From Narcine bancroftii (lineage: Eukaryota), in assembly GCF_036971445.1 (NCBI RefSeq), contig NC_091482.1, positions 2,108,001 through 2,172,000 of the forward strand: 64,000 nucleotides of DNA, given 5' to 3'. A model generated the notes under the pieces. The model was not told where the DNA came from, did not search any database, and saw nothing but the letters and a program-made list of their open reading frames with translations. The position numbers and the translations under genes were made by a program. This document shows positions 12,619-24,344 of this stretch, one piece after another (position 1 is the stretch's first letter; each line of letters opens with the position of its first letter).

Positions 12619-13811
12619 TCACGCGGGGGGTTTGAAGTCGGCTCCCACCAGATCGTCCCAGAGCCGAGTGAAGGCATGATCGCGGCTGGTCGGCCGATTC
12701 CTGCTGTCCACCTTCGACCTGTTCTCCTTGCTCCACCTCCGGAAGCCCCCGTCCAGGTTGTAAACCTTCACTGTGCCCGGGACTCCCCGCCGCAGATCCC
12801 CAGCTAAAAACTCTCCGAGTTTCTGTGCCAGTTTGGAGGCGTGGAATCCAACAGAACAATAACAGACCACGGCGATGTCAGTGGTGCCTGCAGGTGGACA
12901 GGAATGGGTTCAACGACGGGAAGCGCAAGGCCAGACGGACGCAGCCCGCAGTCAGTCAGAACACCGACCTCAGCGACAAGGAAGCGTGTGGGACCCGTCC
13001 CCCCATTGAGGATCAGACTTGATGATACCTCAGGAGCTGGAGACGTCCCAGACCTGGCCCAGGGTGGGGTTGGGTGCCCCTGGGATACCCAGACGGGGAG
13101 GGGTGAGCTGACGGACTAACCCCAGGGGGTGGGTGGGTTCAGTGGTCCCTACCTGCCAGTCCCAGCTCGTTGACCAACTGCTCCATGTCACTGGTCTCCG
13201 GGTCAACGCGGATGGCTCCCTCCAAGTGACTGACTTCATATTCAGCTGGACTCCGGACGTCCTGCAGCCAGAGTGAGATGGGTGTCACCCTGCACCCTCT
13301 GTATGGAGTTTGCACGTTCTCCCTGGGACCGTCTCAGTCCCCGCCCTCCCCAGGGGCTCCGGGTTTCTCTTCCTCATCCCCTCCTCAGAGAGCTGTGGGT
13401 CAGTGGGTGCATGTGTGAGGGTGAATGGTAACAGGGAGTCCCGTGGGCCAACAGGGTCACTGAGCCAGCAGAGAATCAGTGGGCCGTGTTTGTGTCTGGG
13501 GAAGAATCCCTGTTTCTCTCCCCCCCCCACCTTGGCCAGTGATGGGAAGGCGGGAACACAGGGACGGAGGTGGGGGGGGGGCGTGAGAGAAGAGAGACGG
13601 AAAGGGGGAGGGGGCGGGCGGAAGAAAGGGGAAAGAGACGAGGAACCCGGGGGCTGGGGAGAGACAGGTCCGAATCCGGGACCCCCACCCACCCCCTCAC
13701 CAGCAACCGCAGCCGCTCCCGCTCCTCCCGCAGCAGCTGATCCACCGCGTCCGAGCCGAGGTTCTCCACCGCCGGGAAACGGTGGCGGATCCACTCGCTC
13801 ACCGGCTCCAT
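12619..13811 (-). CDS. Rhodanese-like domain protein, copy B (162 aa); exons 13811-13701, 13261-13153, 12887-12619
   Basis: Intact spliced ORF (111+109+269 nt): MEPVSEWIRHRFPAVENLGSDAVDQLLREERERLRLL|DVRSPAEYEVSHLEGAIRVDP...|GTTDIAVVCYCSVGFHASKLAQKLG..KVYNLDGGFRRW; GT-AG sites; minus-strand AATAAA at 12494-12499. Confidence 0.85.
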
Positions 13812-13960
13812 GTCTCCCTGGCCTTGGACCTGCCCTTTGGGACCGCCCCTGGGTCTGGCCCCGCCCCCTGGACCGCGTTTAAGCCACGCCCCGCCCTTCC
13901 CCCGAGGCTCCGCCTCCGTACTTGCCCCACCAGCCCTGCACGGCAAGATCCCAGAACCGT
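13030..13960 (-). repeat. Right arm of the inverted repeat (partner 6090-7110)
   Basis: See left arm. Confidence 0.9.
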
Positions 13961-14444
13961 AGGGGAAGGGAATCAGGTGAGTGAGGCAATGGGGGGGGGG
14001 GGGGAGTGATAGAATTGGGGGTGGTGTCACTGCCCCCAAGAACCTGCAACCTCCCTCTGCGCTGTCCTGCACCATCTCAGCCACCCCTCCAGAAGGGAGA
14101 CCCCAGCCGTGGCCACGATCCTCTGTGATCAGCCTCCAGGTGGACCTCCGGCAGCCCCGGGCCGCCTGTGGGTTGAGCCTTGCCCGGTTTCAGCGACGCC
14201 AACCGGAACCACCGTTTCTCCCTCCATAGTGGGACGTTCACCACACATTCCCCCGTCGGGTCGAGAGAGCGCCGGCCGGTGTGGAGACGGGGTGTCTGCC
14301 AGACCAAGCATGGTGCAGCGGTGGCACTTGGCCTGACTGCTGCCGGGGCAGCCTGCACACTCCCTCACTGCCACCTAACTACTCCAGGGTCCATCCACTT
14401 CCTAACAGTGCCTCTGGCCATTCCACATGGTACCTCGTCCTGGT

Positions 14445-14960
14445 AAAGCACAATGCCAGAGAAACTCAGCAGGTCAAGCAGGGTCTTTTGTGCTGCAAAG
14501 ATAGATACAGAACCATAGTTTAGGGTTTGAGCCCTTCATCAAGGGATGAGCAAAATGTAGGCATATGCTCAAACAGCATGGGGTGGGGGGGGGGGGGGAG
14601 AGAGTGTGGTCCTACAGACAGGAGGTAATAGGTGGATAAAGGAGGGAGGGCACGGGGGGTGGGGGGGGGGTGAATGGTTCTGTGAATGGAGAGGGAAGGG
14701 GGTGGAGAGCTGGAGGAAAGAAGACAGGAAGATATTAATCCTTATCCACATTCTTGTGTCTGTGGGCCTGTGTTCATAGCTCACGATTTTATACAGGCGG
14801 CTGCCTACAGTTTGCTCAGACCTTGATGAAGGGCTCAAGCCCGAAACGTTAATTCTGTACCTTTATCGTGGCTGAATGAAGTCCACTCTCTGACCTGCTG
14901 AGGTTCTCCAGCATTGTGTTTTTACTTCAACCACGGAGTCTGCAGACGTTCCTGTTTTAC
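14445..14960. mobile_element. Inverted pair of Penelope-like element termini
   Basis: Minus copy ~14445-14720 and plus copy ~14750-14960, both with the ttgatgaagggctcaa..cc motif. Confidence 0.6.
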
Positions 14961-15429
14961 TTCGGGGTCTGCTACCATGCTGTAGGTGTTCATTTGTCTA
15001 AATTTAAAAGAAAGTCAGCGAGCGGGGAAGCCAGGAGCAGGCCACACCAGGTGCCTGCATTCAGCAGCCAAGCAGGGATGGAAGCAGGGACGACCAAGCA
15101 GGCGGGCAACAGGTGGCCATGGTGATGGACGCCCCAGGTAGATCTTGTCTCACCACCTCTCCCCAGCCCCATCCCTCCTCCTCCCCACACTTGGCAGGAT
15201 CTGTACTGGTCGAGTTCAGCCCCTATATTTATATTGCAAGCAAGTCCAAGGTGTCAATCATAAACATTTTACCAACAGATCTACAATATGTTACAAAATA
15301 CACAAAACGACCACAACTGACATTTGTCCCTGCTATGAAAATATAGATTATCTTCCTCCAAATCAATTCAAGGAAAATATCTGTTCAAAAGTCCATAACA
15401 CTGGTCCTTCCAGCACTAACTGTATCACA

Positions 15430-15730
15430 GCGACAGACCTGTCCCCTCCAGTACTGTACCCCAGTGTTACACAGTGACAGACCCCTCCCCATCAATACTG
15501 TACCTTGATGTTACACAGGGACAGACCTGTCCCCACCAGTACTGTACCCCAGTGTTACACAGTGACAGACCCGTCCCCACCAGTACTGTACCCTGGTGTT
15601 ACAGTGACAGACCCGTCCCCATCAGTACTGTACCTCGGTGTTACACAGTAACAAACCCGTCCCCACCAGTACTGTACCCCAGTGTTACATAGTGATGGAC
15701 CTGTCCCCACCAGTACTGTACCCACATTAC
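15430..15730. repeat. 44-bp minisatellite
   Basis: gacagacccgtccccaccagtactgtaccccagtgttacacagt, ~7 copies. Confidence 0.9.
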
Positions 15731-16070
15731 ACAACTCCACATACCTCATGGTCATTGTGCTGGATTGGACATGCAGTGTAAAGTTTTGTTGGCTACAGAC
15801 TTGCACCACACACTAACATATAATAACAATGTTGCATCTATCAGTAATTCCTTCTACAAAAGACCAACATTTCTGGTTCTGATAACAGACAAGTCCAACA
15901 GCTGCAGGAGAGAGACAGGCTATGTAGATTCTCAGTAGGGTGAAGCATGCCATTCTCCCGTCAGTACTCAACAAGTCCCACCTGCTTCAGAAATGTAGAC
16001 ACCCGAGAAAGGTCTCCTTTGTCTTCCAAACCTTCCTTGGTGCTGCTACAAAATGTCTTCCTCCCTCATC

Positions 16071-19000
16071 TCATTTGCTGGATGTATTGTTCTGCTGTTG
16101 CTGTTCGGCCAGGGCTTGTTGCAGTCGTACCCGCTTGCGGGAGTAGTGTTGCCAGTGCAGCAGCTGCTGCTCGTCGATGAACTTGGCGCACTGTGCGTTG
16201 ACCAGCTCCTTGCGGAAGTGCTCATACTGCAGCAGCTCGAGCAGGTGCAGACACTGAGGGTACCTTCACGGGGAGAGAGTGTGTGTGAGAGGACTGAAGA
16301 GTGAGCAGGCAGGGGGACAATGATAAAGGTCACAGGGCAGGGCCTGGGCACTTACTTCAGGTACTTGGCATACTCCGGCTCCTTCCAGTATAGCAGATAC
16401 TTGAAGTAATTGACAAAGGTTCGGTCTCTGAAGTATCCCCGCTGTGCCAAGACTGTGGTACCAGGACAACATTGTTTCATTAGATGCCAGTGACAGCTGC
16501 CCAGAGGCTAATACTCAGAACACTCCCACCACACCTCTGTAATCACTCCCCTCAAACCCACTCCCCACCTCCTTCCATCTTCCCCAACCTCCTCCACCCC
16601 CACCCCCTCAAACCCACTCCCCACCTCCTTCCATCTTCCCCAACCTCCCCCACCCCCTCAAACCCACTCCCCACCTCCTTCCATCTTCCCCAACCTCCTC
16701 CACCCCCACCCCCTCAAACCCATTCCCCACCTCCTTCCATCTTCCCCAACCTCCTCCACCCCCACCCCCTCAAACCCACTCCCCACCTCCTTCCATCTTC
16801 CCCAACCTCCCCCACCCCCTCAAACCCACTCCCCACCTCCTTCCATCTTCCCCAACCTCCTCCACCCCCACCCCCTCAAACCCATTCCCCACCTCCTTCC
16901 ATCTTCCCCAACCTCCTCCACCCCCACCCCCTCAAACCCACTCCCCACCTCCTTCCATCTTCCCCAACCTCCCCCACCCCCTCAAACCCACTCCCCACCT
17001 CCTTCCATCTTCCCCAACCTCCTCCACCCCCACCCCCTCAAACCCATTCCCCACCTCCTTCCATCTTCCCCAACCTCCTCCACCCCCACCCCCTCAAACC
17101 CACTCCCCACCTCCTTCCATCTTCCCCAACCTCCTCCACCCCCACCCCCTCAAACCCACTCCCCACCTCCTTCCATCTTCCCCAACCTCCCCCACCCCCT
17201 CAAACCCACTCCCCACCTCCTTCCATCTTCCCCAACCTCCTCCACCCCCACCCCCTCAAACCCATTCCCCACCTCCTTCCATCTTCCCCAACCTCCTCCA
17301 CCCCCACCCCCTCAAACCCACTCCCCACCTCCTTCCATCTTCCCCAACCTCCCCCACCCCCTCAAACCCACTCCCCACCTCCTTCCATCTTCCCCAACCT
17401 CCTCCACCCCACCCCCTCAAACCCATTCCCCACCTCCTTCCATCTTCCCCAACCTCCTCCACCCCCACCCCCTCAAACCCACTCCCCACCTCCTTCCATC
17501 TTCCCCAACCTCCTCCACCCCCACCCCCTCAAACCCACTCCCACCTCCTTCCATCTTCCCCAACCTCCTCCACCCCCACCCCCTCAAACCCATTCCCCAC
17601 CTCCTTCCATCTTCCCCAACCTCCTCCACCCCCACCCCCTCAAACCCATTCCCCACCTCCTTCCATCTTCCCCAACCTCCTCCACCCCCACCCCCTCAAA
17701 CCCATTCCCCACCTCCTTCCATCTTCCCCAACCTCCTCCACCCCCACCCCCTCAAACCCATTCCCCACCTCCTTCCATCTTCCCCAACCTCCTCCACCCC
17801 CACCCCCTCAAACCCACTCCCCACCTCCTTCCATCTTCCCCAACCTCCCCCACCCCCTCAAACCCACTCCCCACCTCCTTCCATCTTCCCCAACCTCCTC
17901 CACCCCCACCCCCTCAAACCCATTCCCCACCTCCTTCCATCTTCCCCAACCTCCTCCACCCCCACCCCCTCAAACCCACTCCCCACCTCCTTCCATCTTC
18001 CCCAACCTCCCCCACCCCCTCAAACCCACTCCCCACCTCCTTCCATCTTCCCCAACCTCCTCCACCCCCACCCCCTCAAACCCATTCCCCACCTCCTTCC
18101 ATCTTCCCCAACCTCCTCCACCCCCACCCCCTCAAACCCACTCCCCACCTCCTTCCATCTTCCCCAACCTCCTCCACCCCCACCCCCTCAAACCCACTCA
18201 CCTCCCTCCACCTTCCCCAACCTCCATTCCACCCCGCTCAAACCCACTTCCCTCCACCCGCACCTCCCTCCACCCCACCCCCAGCTCACCGCTCCCCTCA
18301 GTGGGGGACCCATCTTTAATCACCACCCCCCCCCACTCCCACCTTTGTTTACTCCCTACATCCACATAACTACAGGCCTGAAGACCAGCAGCCCGAGGTT
18401 CAAGACTAGTTTCGTTCCTACAGCCATCAAGCTCTTGAACCTCCCCATGTGTCAGTGATCAGCGACCACTCCAACACCCACAAAAAGCACGGTCTACACT
18501 GTTGCACGTCACTTTCTCCTTGTGAATATTTAGTATCGATATTAAGAAATCATTCCTGCTATTTCAAGGAAGGTTCCTATGATATTTGTACATGTACCTT
18601 TTTGCTGCAGAAAGTAAGAATTTCAAAACGTATGTTCAATGTTATGCAGTAAAACCCATGTAATCTGGAATTCAAGCAACCGGCAAAATAAATAGCAAGA
18701 TAAACCAGAATAAACATAAATTTAAATAAAAGTTTAAAAAGGTAAAAGTAAATGTTCTATGAGGTAACACATCAACCTTTGGTGAAGATGGGAGTAAATA
18801 TCCAGCCAGTGGAGCCCTTGGTTGGGCTTTAGAAGTAGCTGTTAGAATAAAGTTGTGTGAAACAGCGACGACGTCACCCAGGATGAAGAGTGGGTTGATG
18901 CCATGCACCGTTGGGGGGTGACTCTCTTAAACTGTCTCCTTATCCCTGATTAGTAAGAGTTTCCCCGGTCAGAATTTATCTGTAAACTTGGTGGGATGGG

Positions 19001-22000
19001 GGAATTGCCTATAATCTTATTGTTCGTATTTCGGGTGGCTCCTTGGAGGGGGAGGAACCTGCAGATGCAGCAGCGGTTAAATGTTTTCAAGGAATGTGAC
19101 TGAAAATAAAGTAAAATCCTTTAAATCTTTATATATTCATGCAAGTGAAGTTTGCTCAGTTTAAGTTCAGTATCGTATTTTTGTCTTTTAAATGAATTAT
19201 TCTTAATGAAGGTGTATTAGTTAGGCATTGTTAAGACTTGAGTCTCAAGCAACAGGAAAATACACATCCGGCATCCACCGATTCTGGAGGTGCTGGATAC
19301 CAGGGGTTTTAGTGTATAACAATAAACATTATCACAGCTTTCCCTCTATAACCACACCTGTTTCCCACCTTCTCCTTCCCACTGTGCCCCTCAGACTGAG
19401 CTGGCGGTCAGACATTGCCTGATACATGATGCCACGTCTTGCCAATGTACCACTGCATTCTTCTGACCAGTGAGCCTGGTTGCCATGGCTTCAACTGTGG
19501 GTACTCACAGTTCAAGTAGTTTGGGTTCGCCAGACACTGAACAAATTCCAACTCCATCTGGAATCGAATCTTCGCCTGCTCCTCTGTTTGGGGATTGGGG
19601 TGGGGGGGGGAGGGGGAGTGGTGAAAATGACACATTAATTTTCTCACTGTTTAAACCCACCCATTCAGTCCCCAACTGTGTGTGGGGAGTTTATAGGTTC
19701 TCCCTGTGACCACAGGGTCTTCCCAAGTGCTCCATTCCTAGTGTGCAGACACCAATACCCCCGAGCGTAAAGCCCTGCAAAAGGTAATGGACACAGCCCA
19801 GGCAAAATCCTCCCCACCGTGAACATCTACGGGGGACACTGCCGTCGGAGAGCAGCAGCAATCATCAAAGATCCACATCACCCAGCACACGCTCTGTTCT
19901 CGCTGCTGCCATCAGGAAAGCAGTATCGGTGCCACAAGACTCGCACAACCAGGTTCAGGAATCACTGCTCCCCCTCCACCATCAGACTCGACAACAAACT
20001 CAATCAGGGACTCATTTGAGGACTCTGACCTTTGCACATTTTTAAATGATTGAATATTTATTTTCTGAATTCCAGTTTGTTTACATTTCTCTTTTGCATG
20101 CTCATCTTTTCTTGAGTAGTTTTTGTTCACTACCAACAAGTAGAAATATTGCCTCGCCCACATGATAAAGAATATAAAAAAGATCCTGTATGTACCCTAA
20201 CAATAAACCTGAACTTTAGAAGGAAAGACCCAAATTGAAATTATGAATGGACCAAACTAAATTTGTTAAAATAACATTAGTGGTGGCAAGGAAAGTGTAT
20301 TGCAGTGAGTGGGAAACCAGACGCATATTTAGATAGGGAGAGATCAAACGCAGAAATCCAAAGTAGTGTCCCTTTGGAGGAAATTAGATACGATTTAAGA
20401 AATAAGTACACTACCTTTCTGCCAATTTGGTTCCCGTTTATGCAAAGTTTCAGGGGTAAAAACGCTAGTCCGGCCTTTTGAGGCCTGTGATCATCTTCTT
20501 CCCCAAAATGGCCGTACAAACACTGTGGGATCCCAATGGGCGAACCGACCCTTTGAGCAATCCAGGAAACTATTTTCTTCTTCCTTTTCTACACTTTATA
20601 TCTCATATATTTTTTGTATAGTTTTTGTGTTGGGTATATAGGGAGGGAGGGTAAGGACATTGTAACCATTGTAATTTCATAAACAATCATTATTGTTTTA
20701 TTTAAACGTTGACTAATTACATGTATGGAAATTTTTTTTAAAATATTTAAAAAAACAAATAAATAAATCGGAACGGATGTTGTGGAATTGTGGGAAATTT
20801 GATGGGAATGTAGGGTGAATAAATGGAGCTAGGGACCATTGGCGTAGACACAGCTGATGGTTGGTGTGAATTCTGGGCCAAAGGGCCGGGTTTGGTATCC
20901 TTCTCTGTGACTCAAATGTATTGTACAGAATGTTTCATGATTTCAGAATGTCCTGGAGTGGCTCACAGTCTGTAATTCAGGAGAAAATTACTACTGTTGC
21001 AAGCAAGGAAATGTGGCAGCTAAGTACGCCAGCAAACGAATAACCCTTTGGTTTTGCAGCATCAAAGATACATAACCAACAGAAGGGCTCAGGTCCAAAA
21101 TGTCAGCACTATATCTTTACCTAATGTGGATACTATGAGACCGGCCGAGTCCCTCCAGTATTTATGTGTTTTTACTACAATCACAGTGCCTGCAGAGCTT
21201 TGTGTTTCACTCCCTAATAACCATGAGAGCATGAAATCCAGGCCAACATCACCAATGCTGGGGGTACCATCCCACTAAAGCACTGTTGAGGTTATTTGGA
21301 AAAATTACATGGTAGAATTATTTCCAATTTCTATCCAATAATCATGGCAAAATTTATCCATCAACTATCACACCAATGTAACAAAAAGAACCTTTTGTAT
21401 GGAAATTACTGCCACATTTTCCACACTAAAAAAGCCTTCAACTGGACGAGGTTCTGAGGCGGTGAAAGTTATCAGAGAAGTCCAAGTGGGTGGAAAATTG
21501 TGACACGAGGAAAGACCAACTAGCTGAGACAGTCAAGTGGATGGCCATCACTCTTTTCCCAGGGCAATAGTAGCAAACACCAGAGGACATCTGTACAAAG
21601 TGAAGAGAGGAATGTTTAGGGGGAGACGTCGGGGTAAGTTTCTTTTTAAATACACAGAGTGCTGGGTGCCCAGAAACCATTGCCAGAGGTGGTGATGGAG
21701 GCTAGAACAATAAGGATATTTAAAAGACTTAGACAGGCTGATGGATGGAGAAAAAACAGAGGGTTACGGGTGTGAGAGAGGGAAGGTTTTGCTTGTTCAG
21801 TTGGTTTCTATAGGTTAGCTAAACATCATGGGCCGAAGGGTCTGTAGTATTCTGTAATGTTCCATGTCGATTGTGTCAAGATGTTCAAAACTGTGAGGAA
21901 GAGGCTAGAGTAGGAAGATGCAATTCCCCAAGCAGAGAGGTCAAATGTTCATCTGTAGAAAGAAGTATGAGGAAAAGTTGAAGTCGAAAATCACCATCAG

Positions 22001-24113
22001 GAAGGGCTGTGGAAGAAGAAACACTTATTACAAGGCAATTAATTCCTTCTGCTGCCTAGTTCAGGTTCAATCTGGACCTCCTGAGTGGAGTTTGTACATT
22101 CTGCTGTAATCGTGCAGTCCAGTTAGCCTCACACATTCCAAAGACGTGGTCATGAACTAATTGCCTACTGTAGATTATCCATATGTAGATGGGTTTCAGG
22201 AGAACCCAGGTCGACAACAGGATGTGAAAGAGAATGGGTTACAAGGAAAAAGATTTGATCAGGCTAAGTGACCTCCTCCTTCACGCAAGTAAACAGAACA
22301 AGTAAACCTACTGCATCTGGTGCTCCCTCTACATTGGCCTGGATGCAGGAGAGATAGTTTCATCTAGAAATAGAGTCTGCTGCTATAGTGGGGAGCCCTC
22401 ACAGAGGCCAACCATTTCAATTCCACACCCCATTCACACACTGACATGTCTGTCCATGGCCTCATGCACTGCCAAACTGAAGCAATGTGCAAATTGGAGG
22501 AACAACACCTCATATTTCCTTCTGGGCCCCCTCCAAATGGAGTCATTAACATAGACTTCTCCATTGTCAGTTACAGCACTTCCCTGTCTCTCTCCCTTCC
22601 CCAACCCTCTGACTACTTTCCTCCAGCTCGCTGCCTCCTTCGTTCAGAGAGCCACACCCTCCCCCATCACTACTCAGCATCTTTCTCTTCTACTCTCCTA
22701 TCCTTTTCCTCTTACCTTGGGGAGGGTGCTCCTCCCCTTGTCCTGCCCCCATCTTTTTATTCAGCTGCCGGCTTGCTCTTTGCTCACACCTTGACGAACA
22801 TTGTTGCACATCTTTGCTACATAAAGAAAGCTGAATTTCCCCAGTACTTTGGTGTACTGAGCCACAATCACAGCGTCTGCAGACTTAATTCATTTAAACA
22901 GAATCTGGATGCGTATCTGCAAGAATAAGGGAGCAACAACTGAAAGGTAGGATCAGGCTCTGTGAATGAGTACAGTCCAAGGGGCAAACAGCTTCCCGTG
23001 TTGTAAAATTAAGTTTATTCCTTAACAAGCAATTAAATATTTTACATCACGAAGCCAAAGCACCTTGAATAGCAGAGACTGCACAAGAGGCTCTATTGAC
23101 CCGGTTTACAGGCCCGAATGGTCTCATCCCATCCCTTTGGACCACAGCAGGTACAGGATGAGGAGAGAGTGACACTCCACAATGTGACCACACCGCCATC
23201 TGCAAATTTGCCGATGATACCTCGATAATGAGCTGTATAAAAATGGGCAATGAGTCAGCAGACAGGAGGGAGATCAAAAACCTGGCTAAATGGTGCAACA
23301 ACAAGCTCACACTCAATGTCACCAAATCTGAGGAGCTCATTGTTGACTTCAGGAAGGGAAAGCCAGAGGTGGACGATCCAGTGATCATTGGGGGATCAGA
23401 GGTGGAGAGGGTGAGCAAATTTAAGGTTTTGGGACTCACCATCTTGGACAATCTTTCCTGGATGCAACATACTAATGGCATTGTGAAGAAAGCACTTTAG
23501 CACCTCTACTCCCTCAGGAGTTTGGTAGGATACCAGAAACCCTGGCAAATTTCTACAGAGGTGTGGAGAAAAGTGTGCTGACCGGCTGCATCACGGTCTG
23601 GTATTGAGACATCGATATTTGAGCAGAAAGCTCTCTAAAAGGTAGTGGACACAGCCCAGGACATCACAGGCAAAACCCCCACCCCACCATCGAGAACATC
23701 TACAGGGAACGCTGCCGTCGGAGGGCAGCAGCGATCATCAAGGATCCCCACCACCCAGCACATGCTCTGTTCTCACTGCTGCCATCAGCAAAGAGGTATC
23801 GGTGCCACGAAACTCACCCCACCAGGTCCAGGAACAGCTGCTCCCCCTCCACCATTAGACTTAACCCTAACCCAAACTCAATCAGGGACTCATTTAAGGA
23901 CTCTGACTTGTGCAATTTATTGACTTTCTTTTTGTTCTCTCTGTATTGCAGTCAGTTTATTTACATTTCTATATTTATTTACACAGAAGCCCATTTCCTA
24001 CCCACTTCCGCCCCGCATCCACTTCCGCCCCACTCTCGGCACCCCGACCGACCGAGTCACGTGACCGCCAGATTTCCCTCACCCGTCTCCAAAGCAGTGG
24101 GAGCCGCCGCCAT
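16071..24113 (-). CDS. MED31: Mediator of RNA polymerase II transcription subunit 31 (131 aa); exons 24113-24083, 19583-19509, 16452-16356, 16263-16071
   Basis: Spliced ORF of 31+75+97+193=396 nt: [131 protein letters not shown]; all introns GT-AG. Confidence 0.97.
16545..18290. repeat. C-rich minisatellite (56/50-bp unit variants) in MED31 intron 2
   Basis: ctcaaacccactccccacctccttccatcttccccaacctc(ctccac)ccccaccccc units; source of the spurious 611-aa ORF. Confidence 0.95.
18647..19314. mobile_element. Tc1/mariner-pogo (Tigger-like) MITE
   Basis: Imperfect TIRs cagtaaaacccatgtaatctgg ... ctggataccaggggttttagtg, followed by TA. Confidence 0.6.
19740..20220 (+). mobile_element. Rex1/Babar-like LINE 3' end
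   Basis: [37 protein letters not shown]. Confidence 0.8.
21440..21860 (+). mobile_element. CR1 3' fragment
   Basis: Similar to the 7600-7970 and 41500-41840 CR1 ends. Confidence 0.6.
22300..22890 (+). mobile_element. Penelope-like element remnant
   Basis: [35 protein letters not shown] (GIY-YIG C-terminal part). Confidence 0.65.
23185..23985 (+). mobile_element. Rex1/Babar-like LINE 3' portion
   Basis: [29 protein letters not shown] and [11 protein letters not shown]. Confidence 0.85.
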
Positions 24114-24340
24114 TGTTCCCTTTGGCCTCAGAGGAAGAGTCGGCGTGACACCGGCACCTTGGGGGGACGGCAGCTAATGCGCCGAGGGCAGGTACAATGA
24201 ACCACGCGCCTCAATCGGGGCAACCAGCGCCGCTCACAAACCAACAGCCGCTAGCCCTGCGGTAGCTTCCGTCTTCACCAGGAGGGGACGGAAGTGACGT
24301 TTCGACAGCTGCTCGCTGCTGCCCCCGAGGCTGAAGTGGA
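24000..24340. promoter_or_regulatory. CpG-island promoter of MED31, possibly bidirectional
   Basis: CpG-rich. Two cacttccgcccc (ETS/Sp) at 24002-24031; gtcacgtgac E-box at 24056-24065; YY1-like AACAATGGCGGC over the ATG; CGGAAGTGACGT ETS-CRE composite at 24289-24300. Confidence 0.7.
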
Positions 24341-24344
24341 GTGG

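Noticed and set aside
6267-13811. Bacterial contamination as the source of the rhodanese sequences
   Set aside because: The genes have conserved GT-AG introns containing host SINE/LINE fragments and are interleaved with MED31
16484-18319. 611-aa proline-rich extensin-like ORF
   Set aside because: C-rich minisatellite inside MED31 intron 2
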